Shown here: one piece after another, positions 1-8,400 of the stretch
How positions within the stretch are numbered: position 1 is the first letter of the stretch
Layout of the letters: each line of letters begins with the position of its first letter
Source: an uncultured virus (IMG/VR IMGVR_UViG_3300008625_000009)
Taxonomy: Duplodnaviria; Heunggongvirae; Uroviricota; Caudoviricetes
Virus record (IMG/VR): IMGVR_UViG_3300008625_000009
DNA: 20,000 nucleotides
Direction: 5' to 3' (one strand)
Made by a program: the position numbers and the translations under genes
The notes under the pieces: model-generated
What the model was told of the DNA's origin: nothing
What the model saw: the letters and a program-made list of their open reading frames with translations, nothing else
Database searches by the model: none

Positions 1-873
1 TATCGTCACCGTATTTTATTGGAATATGATCAAACGTTACATCTTCTTTTGTGTCTCCGCTTATTGGTTCGCCAACACTTAATACTTTAAGTTCGCCGTT
101 TAATAATAATACACCATAATTGAGTGGTGTAAAATATTGTCTGCTACCCATTAGTTTTGTTTCATCAAGTACACTATCTGCTAAGTTTCCGCTACCATCA
201 AATATACCCATAACAACCTTAGAAATAACACCAAGGCGTTTAATAATAGCCGGAGGATTAACCCATACAGGAATTTCAAATGTTAGTGTAGCAATATCAA
301 TTTGATCTTCAGTACCTACAGGAACAGTTCTATTACTAAAACTAATATCAGTAAGTTCAACATATGATATAGAAGTCCAGTCTACATAATTGTCTGTCGT
401 TTGTATTTCTAGATTTGGATTAAACATGTAAAATAATTGCTCTGTAAGTTGCAGTTTTTGTTCCATGTTGCTTGTCCATATGTCAGCATTAACTGTTAAT
501 TTATATGGACTTGGCATACTACGTTCAATACTATAACTATCTCCAGGCCCAGCTGCATATTTGCCTGTGTCTTTGTTATAAAATCGTTCTTTAATGTGAA
601 TTTTATCTACATGAGAAGGAGCCATTATTCTATCACGATCATACTGTATACCAGTGATATAACAAGAAACACGCGGAACAGTATTAAGTGCGTTTTCACT
701 ATTTTTGCGAATAATGCTTGCTACCTGTCTTGAGATATCACCGTATGTAACAGGAACTCTTATTAACGCAGAGTTACCATCTGAGTCTTTTCCGGTTTCA
801 ACATAAAAGTGAGATAAGAGACGAATGAATTGGGCCATGTATCGTCTTATTTGCCCATCGTAAAAAAATCCAA
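1..873 (-). CDS. gp15: T4 gp15-like tail terminator / sheath stabiliser (3'-truncated by the window edge; absent from the ORF track)
   Basis: Manual translation from TTG at 873-871 gives MDFFYDGQIRRYMAQFIRLLSHFYVETGKDSDGNSALIRVPVTYGD..., open to position 1. The FY..IRRY and IRVPVTYG motifs and PSPYKLTVNADIWT..QKLQLTEQ..FNP resemble gp15. SD AGGAGG is at 887-882, and the gene lies directly downstream of gp14. Confidence 0.85.
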
Positions 874-917
874 CTACTTATCCTCCTTTTTAAACCATAC
901 TCTTTTATAGATATGCA

Positions 918-2120
918 TTATTCTTCATCCTCTCTTGCACGTAGTACATTAGATAAACTTTGGCGTGCTTTTACTTCGCTGCCGTCTGCTAAAGTAATAG
1001 AAGTCTTATCATTAAACGTTTTAGTTCTATATGTATAACGATCTGTGTAGTTAGTAATTTGCATACGAACATTATCTTCAACGAATGCCCATTTTTTGCC
1101 ATTAAAAATATACAATCTATTAGGCATATAATCTACACGTAATACGTATTCTCCCTTAACAGGAGTAGCAGGGAAACTTGTTAAAAGTGTCGCCGGCGCT
1201 CCATTTGGTGGCACCCCGTCGCCTGCCAAGTAATGACTAATTTTTTCTTCAGACATTCCATAAAATACGTCAGCACTTTCTTTCTCAGCATCAGAAGTAA
1301 GTGAACCATCATCTGCAGAAACTAATAATATAGATCCGTCGTCTTTCGATGGCGCAATCCAAAAACGTGTTGTGTCGTAACCACTTCTACCGTCTACTAC
1401 ATCTTGTACATATGGAGCCATTGCTTCTGCTTGCTTAACTACGGCATCATTAATTTCTAAGTTCTTACTATAATCACTTAAAATACTTTTTAGTGTATCA
1501 TCCTCTCCATCGACGCCTGAAGTAATATCGCCAATAATATCTCTGTATTCTTGTGCATCAACAAGTGGTGTACATTTAACTCGCCATAAATGAGGATACC
1601 AAGTTTGGCTAAACCCTTCTGCGGCTCGGTTTCCATCTTGAACTACGTAGTATCGTTTTAAACTTTCGTATACTTTGTCAACTTCTTCATCTTCTAAGGC
1701 ATGATCATCTTGAAGATGCGGAAGTTCAATAACATCGCCACTAATTAACTTTCTGCCTAAAATATCAACCATATCATTAAGATGGAACGTAATGAATATA
1801 GTATCGTTTTGCAAAAACAAGCCAAATTGAGATAAATCAAAATCTATATCTTGTACGTTATAGAGTCCCTTCATAAAATTAACGTCTTTTTCATATTTTC
1901 GATCTCTGTTTTCCATAAACAATAGATCTTGTATGTTAGATACGGATTGGTTTTCGTATAATGGTTGATCAGCCTTCTTTGTGTTGCCTTGGTTAACTGG
2001 ACCTAGGTATTTGTGAACATTAACTCCAGTGCCACCAATGATAAATTGCTCACGGATGCGATTATCCATGAACTTAAAATCGTTACCTTTGGTCGGTTTC
2101 CATAGCGATAATCTTGGCAT
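918..2120 (-). CDS. gp14: T4 gp14-like neck (head-closure) protein with C-terminal extension
   Basis: 400 aa. DLSQFGLFLQNDTIFITFH and GDVIELPHL resemble gp14 motifs, and the gene is adjacent to the gp15-like gene. Confidence 0.75.
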   Translation of the reverse strand: MPRLSLWKPTKGNDFKFMDNRIREQFIIGGTGVNVHKYLGPVNQGNTKKADQPLYENQSVSNIQDLLFMENRDRKYEKDVNFMKGLYNVQDIDFDLSQFGLFLQNDTIFITFHLNDMVDILGRKLISGDVIELPHLQDDHALEDEEVDKVYESLKRYYVVQDGNRAAEGFSQTWYPHLWRVKCTPLVDAQEYRDIIGDITSGVDGEDDTLKSILSDYSKNLEINDAVVKQAEAMAPYVQDVVDGRSGYDTTRFWIAPSKDDGSILLVSADDGSLTSDAEKESADVFYGMSEEKISHYLAGDGVPPNGAPATLLTSFPATPVKGEYVLRVDYMPNRLYIFNGKKWAFVEDNVRMQITNYTDRYTYRTKTFNDKTSITLADGSEVKARQSLSNVLRAREDEE

Positions 2121-2164
2121 TATAAAAAACTCTTATTAATTAAACACTTATATAGTGTATTTTA

Positions 2165-2193
2165 TTGACTTTTTTCGGATTTGTCTATATAAT
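2165..2193 (+). promoter_or_regulatory. sigma70-type (early) promoter for the 410-aa ORF
   Basis: TTGACT (2165-2170), a 17-bp spacer and TATAAT (2188-2193). SD GGAG at 2222-2225 precedes the ATG at 2233. Confidence 0.8.
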
Positions 2194-2195
2194 AC

Positions 2196-2201
2196 TATTT
2201 A
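2196..2201 (-). promoter_or_regulatory. candidate late promoter (TAAATA) for the gp14-gp15 unit
   Basis: TATTTA on the + strand reads TAAATA on the - strand, about 75 nt upstream of the gp14 ATG. The same hexamer precedes other structural genes. Confidence 0.45.
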
Positions 2202-2232
2202 GCACTATATATTCATATTATGGAGTAAAATT

Positions 2233-3465
2233 ATGGCCGCTAAAAAGAAAAAAGCAAAGAAACGAGTATCTAAAAAAGTTGACGGAGCATTTGCAGAGCC
2301 TACGTGGGATGATGTAAGTTTTACGTCTGAAGAAATACTAGATTTGGACGACGAAATAAAAACTGAAATTAACCTGCGTATTACGCAAGGCCTCAATTTT
2401 TATAATTATCACCACACGTTCAAGGACAGTAAGCAACCGCTTATTGAATGGATGAAATCGCAAAAGGTTGTTGATAAAGTGGCAATTGCGGCAATAAAGG
2501 ATGCGCCAGATTACCAAATTGGTATTACTGCCGGCTCCGTTGCTCGTATGCTACTCAAAGGCGCTCCGCCAATGGATAATCTTCTCGCTGGACTTAAAAA
2601 GAGAATTCGCATAATTGTCGAGTCTATTGAAAATCCACAAGGCTGGGGAGAGGATACCGCAAAGCCAAAAGAGAAACCAAAAGCGGCTCAAGTTATCTCT
2701 ATTCAGGATCGCATGATAGAGAAAATAAACAATTTTGTTGGCGAGTACATTGAAGGTGCTGTTGACGACATGATTGCCAATGGCTTTAAGTCAGATTTCA
2801 AATTGTCCACTTTGCTACAAACACATAACATATCTGGCAAAGCGGCCGGACTTATTCCTAGGATGTTTGAGAATGAGATTGCGGATCTTACACTATTAAT
2901 TAATGGTGTAGATAAAGAAGATGAGATGGAAGCACAATTATTAGAAGGCTATCCATATAAAAAGTCAGAGTTAAAGAAGTTACTTGCTTTTTACTCTGCT
3001 ATTGTTGCAGACGCTGAGCATCATGCTAATCTACAAAAAGCAACTCGCAAGGTGCGTAAGAAGAAAGCACTAAGCAAAGAGAAGTTGATTGGCAAGATTA
3101 AGTATAAAATACAGGACGAAAAACTAAAACTTGTCTCGATAGATCCAAAAGACATAATTGGTGCTAACGAACTTTGGGTTTACAACACAAAGAATCGCAA
3201 GATTGGCAAGTATGTTGCCTCTAACATTGATCCAAAGGGTATGGCTAGGGATGGCACAGGGTTAAGCATTAAAGGCACTACTATTATAGGTTTTGACGAG
3301 AAGTTAAGCAGACAAAAAACATTGCGTAAGCCAGAAGACTCGCTAAAAGAGTTTAAGAGTGCGGGCAAGGTTGCTTTACGCAAGTTCTTAGATGAATTGA
3401 CCACCACAGACACGAAACTTAACGGGAGGGTAAACTCTGATACTATATTACTTAAGGTAATCTAA
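2233..3465 (+). CDS. hypothetical phage protein, Lys-rich at both ends
   Basis: 410-aa ORF with SD and a sigma70 promoter. Basic N-terminus (MAAKKKKAKKRVSKK) and a globular-looking C-terminal domain (ELWVYNTKNRKIGKY...GLSIKGTTIIGFD...KTLRKP). No function recognised. Confidence 0.85.
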   Translation: MAAKKKKAKKRVSKKVDGAFAEPTWDDVSFTSEEILDLDDEIKTEINLRITQGLNFYNYHHTFKDSKQPLIEWMKSQKVVDKVAIAAIKDAPDYQIGITAGSVARMLLKGAPPMDNLLAGLKKRIRIIVESIENPQGWGEDTAKPKEKPKAAQVISIQDRMIEKINNFVGEYIEGAVDDMIANGFKSDFKLSTLLQTHNISGKAAGLIPRMFENEIADLTLLINGVDKEDEMEAQLLEGYPYKKSELKKLLAFYSAIVADAEHHANLQKATRKVRKKKALSKEKLIGKIKYKIQDEKLKLVSIDPKDIIGANELWVYNTKNRKIGKYVASNIDPKGMARDGTGLSIKGTTIIGFDEKLSRQKTLRKPEDSLKEFKSAGKVALRKFLDELTTTDTKLNGRVNSDTILLKVI

Positions 3466-3471
3466 TAAATA
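3466..3471 (+). promoter_or_regulatory. late promoter TAAATA, 5 nt before the gp13 ATG
   Basis: AATAAATA-tatgt-ATG resembles the T4 gp55 late consensus TATAAATA. No SD present. Confidence 0.65.
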
Positions 3472-3476
3472 TATGT

Positions 3477-4238
3477 ATGGCAACAAAAGAATTAACCAAA
3501 CTTAAAAATGCGTTATTCACAAATGTTAGATTACGTTTAGGTGAGAGAATCATTGATATTGAACTAGACAACGAGCATTTGGAAGTAGCATTAAACAATG
3601 CTGTTAACAGATATCGTCAAATGAGTGCTAACAGTGTTGAAGAGTCTTATGGCTTTTTAACATTAGAGAAAAATAAACAAGAGTATTTTTTAGACGATAA
3701 TATTTTAGAAGTTAGACAAATATTTAGAAGAACTATTGGTAGCACAAGTGGTGAAGGTGCTTCAAACTTTGAGCCATTCGAAGCAGGTTACATGAATATG
3801 TATATGCTACAGGCAGGTAGAGTAGGTGGTTTAGCAACATATGAATTATTTGCTGGATATCAAGAAACAGCATCAAGAATGTTTGGTGGATTTATTAATT
3901 ATACATGGGATTCAGTAACTAAAAAACTTACAATCGTTCGTAAAGTTGACGGTGACACTGAAAGCGTATTACTTTGGTTATATAACCAAAAACCACTTGA
4001 AAATATAATTCAACACCATATGACAAAGAAATGGATAGAAGATTATACACTCGCAATGTGCAAGCAAATACTCGGCGAAGCACGTTCCAAATTTGCTACA
4101 ATCGCTGGACCACAAGGTGGTACAACGATGAATGGTAGTGAATTAAAAGCAGAAGGCCAACAAGAGATGGTTGATCTAGCATTACAATTACAAAACTTTG
4201 AAGATGGTGGCACACCGATGTCATTCGTCATTGGATAA
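3477..4238 (+). CDS. gp13: T4 gp13-like neck (head-tail adaptor) protein
   Basis: 253 aa. N-terminal LRLGERIIDIELDNEHL and C-terminal WIEDYTLAMCKQILGEARSKF..IAGPQGGTTMNG match gp13 motifs. Confidence 0.88.
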   Translation: MATKELTKLKNALFTNVRLRLGERIIDIELDNEHLEVALNNAVNRYRQMSANSVEESYGFLTLEKNKQEYFLDDNILEVRQIFRRTIGSTSGEGASNFEPFEAGYMNMYMLQAGRVGGLATYELFAGYQETASRMFGGFINYTWDSVTKKLTIVRKVDGDTESVLLWLYNQKPLENIIQHHMTKKWIEDYTLAMCKQILGEARSKFATIAGPQGGTTMNGSELKAEGQQEMVDLALQLQNFEDGGTPMSFVIG

Positions 4239-4265
4239 TATTACACACACACAGGAGAACCACAG

Positions 4266-4343
4266 ATGGGAACCGTGATTTTTATCATGGTAGTAGTCGC
4301 ACTCGTAGCGGCAACACTCTACATTCACAATAAAACACAATAA
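4266..4343 (+). CDS. small single-pass membrane peptide (25 aa)
   Basis: MGTVIFIMVVVALVAATLYIHNKTQ* with SD AGGAG at 4253-4257. It fills the gap between gp13 and the kinase gene and is below the ORF-track cutoff. Confidence 0.6.
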   Translation: MGTVIFIMVVVALVAATLYIHNKTQ

Positions 4344-4354
4344 CATTTAAACAT

Positions 4355-4999
4355 ATGATTATAGGACTAGTAGGATTCAAAGGCTGTGGTAAAGACACTG
4401 TCGCAAATTATCTTATCGATAATAGTAGAGAAACATGGATTAGAGGAAGTTTTGCTGACTCATTAAAAGATTCACTTGCCTCTGTATTCCAATGGGATCG
4501 TGCCATGCTAGAAGGCGACACGAAAGAAAGCAGAGAATGGCGCGAAACAGTAGACGAATGGTGGGCAAATAAACTAGACATGCCTGACTTTACTCCACGA
4601 CTTGCTCTACAAGTATGCGGCACAGATTTATGGCGTAATAAGTTTCACGACGATATATGGTTGTTAAGTTTAGAAAAGAAACTAACTACTGCTGAACACA
4701 ACGTTATTATTACTGATACACGCTTTCCCAATGAGATTGATCTAATAAAAAGACTAGATGGAAAGATAATACGTGTAAAACGCGGTACAGAGCCCGAATG
4801 GTGGAGTACAGCAGTTGCAGATAATGCAGAGCGTGATGAACCTATGCATGAGTTAATGATGCCATTAGTGTATCCAAAAGTACATGCATCAGAATATTCT
4901 TGGGTTGGGTGTGATTTGGATTATACTATTAAAAACAATAGCACTCTGCAATCGCTTGAAGAATCAGTTAAAGCATTGTGTTTAGAAATCAGGAATTAA
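4355..4999 (+). CDS. gp1: deoxynucleoside monophosphate kinase (T4 gp1-like)
   Basis: N-terminal P-loop IIGLVGFKGCGKDT, plus SFADSLKD, TPRLALQVCGTD, ITDTRFPNE and HASE motifs. Confidence 0.92.
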   Translation: MIIGLVGFKGCGKDTVANYLIDNSRETWIRGSFADSLKDSLASVFQWDRAMLEGDTKESREWRETVDEWWANKLDMPDFTPRLALQVCGTDLWRNKFHDDIWLLSLEKKLTTAEHNVIITDTRFPNEIDLIKRLDGKIIRVKRGTEPEWWSTAVADNAERDEPMHELMMPLVYPKVHASEYSWVGCDLDYTIKNNSTLQSLEESVKALCLEIRN

Positions 5000-5338
5000 A
5001 TCACCCTGCTTCCATCCCTTACCAGTAGCGTATAATAATCTATGACAGTTAGCGCAAACTGTTTTTAAATTCTTCCAATTATTATTTTTCCTATCTCCGT
5101 CTTGGTGATAAACATCTAGTTGTACTGTGTGGTCTGCTTTAAAGCCACACTTTTCACAGTAGTTTTTTTTATTATATCCACTAGACTTCCAATTTGTCTT
5201 GGGTGTGGTTCGAAGTTTTTTTGCTTTTCGAGCGCACTTATCACACCTTGATCTGTAATGCGGGTTGCCTTTTTTATAATAATTTATTGCTACTGGTCGC
5301 ATACCGCAACGACAGAGCGGTCTTTCGCTATGTTTCAC
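4982..5338 (-). CDS. HNH-fold nuclease with Zn-binding Cys pairs (start revised from 5383 to GTG at 5338)
   Basis: CRC..CDKC N-terminal Cys pairs and a CEKCG...LDVYHQDGDRKNN..NLKTVCANCH HNH core. The in-frame GTG at 5338 lies 5 nt after a minus-strand TAAATA. The 3' end overlaps the kinase gene by 18 nt. Confidence 0.8.
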   Translation of the reverse strand: MKHSERPLCRCGMRPVAINYYKKGNPHYRSRCDKCARKAKKLRTTPKTNWKSSGYNKKNYCEKCGFKADHTVQLDVYHQDGDRKNNNWKNLKTVCANCHRLLYATGKGWKQGDLIPDF

Positions 5339-5343
5339 GAGAG

Positions 5344-5349
5344 TATTTA
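5344..5349 (-). promoter_or_regulatory. late promoter TAAATA for the HNH gene
   Basis: The minus strand reads AATAAATA-ctctc-GTG AAA CAT. Confidence 0.6.
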
Positions 5350-5411
5350 TTTTTATGAACCCTTTTCTTTGCCCTTTGGGCACCTTCGTATGGCACTAAA
5401 TTCCGGAAATC

Positions 5412-5421
5412 TAAATAAATA
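5412..5421 (+). promoter_or_regulatory. late promoter (overlapping TAAATAAATA) for the tail sheath gene
   Basis: TAAATA at 5412-5417 and 5416-5421. SD GAGG at 5474-5477 precedes the ATG at 5487. Confidence 0.65.
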
Positions 5422-5432
5422 TTGGTAACAAA

Positions 5433-5467
5433 TACATCTATATAGATGTAGAATTTTAATTAAAATT
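5433..5467. repeat. two tandem perfect palindromes in the sheath leader
   Basis: TACATCTATATAGATGTA (5433-5450, 18 bp) and AATTTTAATTAAAATT (5452-5467, 16 bp) each equal their own reverse complement. Confidence 0.9.
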
Positions 5468-5486
5468 TTATACGAGGAAAAAGATT

Positions 5487-8400
5487 ATGGCTTTAGTATC
5501 TCCAGGTGTTGAAGTTACTGTAACCAATGAATCCGCGTATGTTACATCAGATCCAGGTACAGTTCCACTAATATTAGTAGCAACTGCACAAAATAAGTTA
5601 CAAGCTTCTGGATCAGGCACAGCATCCGGAACAACAGCGGCGAATGCCGGCAAGGTTCAGCTACTTACTTCACAACTAGAATTAGCTACAACATATGGTA
5701 CTCCTACTTTTTATAGTAGTACTTCTGGAACAATGTTGCATGGCTATGAATTAAACGAATACGGCTTACATGCCGCGTATTCATATTTAGGTATTGCTAA
5801 TAGAGCATACGTGTTAAGAGCAGATATTGATTTAAGCAAATTAACAGGCTCTGCAACGGCGCCAACAGGTACCCCAGTTAACGGCACACATTGGTTAAAT
5901 TTAACAAATACAGTGTGGGGTTTACATGTATGGAATGCCACAACAGATACATTTACATATACAATACCTAAAATTTGTGCTACAGAGCACACAGGTAGTC
6001 CATCCTATATTCCAAATGCTTCATTTGGTTCTATAGGTGATTACGCAATTGTTACAGCAACAACAAACAATGCTGTATATTATAAAAATAGCAGTAACAC
6101 ATGGGTAGCAGTTGGTTCAGGTACTGCAACTGACTCTCCACATTCTGAAGCAACAAGAAATGCATCATGGGCATCAAGTTTCCCAGCAATTTCAGTTACA
6201 CCAAGTGCGGTGAACATTGGTGACGCGTTTAGTATCAATGGTACAACTATTACATTTACTGGTACAGGCGTTGCTGATATTGTTAACAATATTAATACCA
6301 CGTTTGACGGTCTTGCAACTGCAAGAAAGGGTGTTCAGGCATATAACAATAGTGGTGTTTTAGAAATATATATTATTGGTTCATCAGCCGCAGGCGGATC
6401 CGCTGATAGATCTGCTATTTTTGCAAACGTTTCAGGTACTGCACTTGCAGACATGGGCATAACTGCCGATACCTATTTTGGTCCGTTGATGAGCGAAGCA
6501 TCATATACATCTCCGCCACCTTGGACACCAGGCGCCGCAAACGAAGCACCGACTGGTAGTATGTGGGTTAAACTTGATGGCAATTTAGGCGGATCTAACG
6601 GTAATAATATTAAATTTAGAGTATATTCATCAACAACTGGGTTATGGGAAGCAAAAGCCCCAAGCGTTTATGATAGTATAACAGTCGCTACAACAAGTTT
6701 AGGTGGTACTGATCCAAGAACTATAACAGTAGGCTCGATAATGGTTGATACTGATGTTGATTCAGTGGATGAAGTAACATTTAAACCATATCGACGCAAG
6801 TCGGCCGGCGAGCTTGTTGTTACTGGTACTAACACATCACCAACATTCACATCTACAGAAACATTCACTATTAATGGTACAACTGTAACTTTGACTGGCA
6901 CTACTGCAACAGCTTTTGTAACAGCAGTCAGCGCCGCAGGTATTACAGATGTTTCGGCTAAAATTGAAACATCAGGTGCAGTGTCACTAATTCATGCTAA
7001 AGGTGGTGACTTAGTACTACGCGATACATCAGGCACACCACTAACGGGTGTGGCAGATGCTAGTATTTCTGCTTCATTATCTAATGTATATACGCTGCCA
7101 AATGGTGACCTAATTGGTACAAACTGGGAAGAGTTAACATATGAAGCATCATTAACAACACCTACAACAGATCCTGCTGAAGGTGATTTATGGTATGACA
7201 CAACACTTGTTGCTGACATCATGGTTCATGATGGTACAACATGGAAAGGTTACCAAAATGTTTCAACAGATTATCGTGGATATGATCTAAGTGTAACAGA
7301 TCCAGCTGGCCCAATTTTTGCAGCCGCTGAACCACTAACACAATCTGATGAAACAGCACTTGTAAATGGTGATATTTGGGTCAACACATCTGACTTAGAT
7401 AATTATCCTAAGATTTATCGTAGACAAGGTGGTGAATGGATTCTAATTGATACAACAGATCAAACATCATCAAATGGTGTTTTATTTGCTGATGCAAGAT
7501 GGCAAACAGCGGCCGCCGCTAAAGTAAGTGGCACAGGCGCTGGTACTGCATCAAGTATTGCAGATTTATTAAGCGATGATTTCCTAGATCCGGATGCTCC
7601 AGATCCTGCGTCATATCCACGTGGTATGTTGCTATGGAATACAAGACGCAGTGGTTATACAGTAAAAGAATATAAGAAAGATTTTGTTACAACATCAAAA
7701 TATTCTTCAGGTAACCCACGTATGTCAAGCGAATCTGTTGCTACTTATTATCCAGATCGTTGGACAAACAAGTCAGGCACAAAATCTAATGGAACACTAT
7801 ACGCAGGTCGCAAGGCCCAACGTGCAGTCGTTGTTGCCGCAATGAAATCAGCGGTTGATGCAAATACAGATATTCGTGAAGAGCAACGTCAATTTAACTT
7901 ACTTGCCGCCCCTGGATATCCAGAATTGCTATCAAATATGACTACATTGAACGTAGATAGAAAAGAAACTGCTCACGTTATTGGTGATACTCCGTTCCGT
8001 TTAGCAGATAATTCTGCGAAAATTCAAGTATGGAGTAAAAACTCTAATGCAGCCGAAGATAACGGTGAAGATGGCCTAGTAACTAATAATGAATATATGT
8101 CAGTTTACTACCCATCAGGGTTATCAAATGACCTAGCAGGTAACAAAATTGTTGTTCCGGCAAGTCATATGATATTACGCACATTTGCTTATAATGATAG
8201 TGTCGGTTATCCATGGTTTGCGGCCGCAGGCACAAACAGAGGAAAAATTTCCAATGCTACAGCAATTGGTTATATTGATGGATCAGGAGAGTTTAACAGC
8301 ATTGCAGTTAGAGAAGGACTACGTGACGTATTATATACTGATAACATTAATCCATTAACATTTATTAATGGCAGTGGTTTGATGAACTTTGGTAATAAGA

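Noticed and set aside
120..305. 61-aa plus-strand ORF
   Set aside because: It is an antisense shadow of the gp15-like gene, which has an SD and recognisable motifs.
875..880. TAAGTA on the minus strand before gp15 as a leaderless promoter
   Set aside because: It is only 1 nt from the TTG and lies in the spacer of a strong AGGAGG SD, so the gene is more simply SD-led from the gp14 transcript.
2205..4623. Short minus-strand ORFs at 2205, 3180, 4043 and 4408
   Set aside because: They lie antisense to longer, well-supported genes and show no motifs or translation signals.
5339..5383. ORF-track start of the HNH gene at 5383
   Set aside because: The in-frame GTG at 5338 fits the recurring TAAATA-N5-start pattern, and the extra 15 codons would span the promoter.
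5468..7222. Five short minus-strand ORFs within the sheath gene
   Set aside because: They are shadow frames expected from the codon bias of the Thr/Ala/Gly-rich sheath gene.
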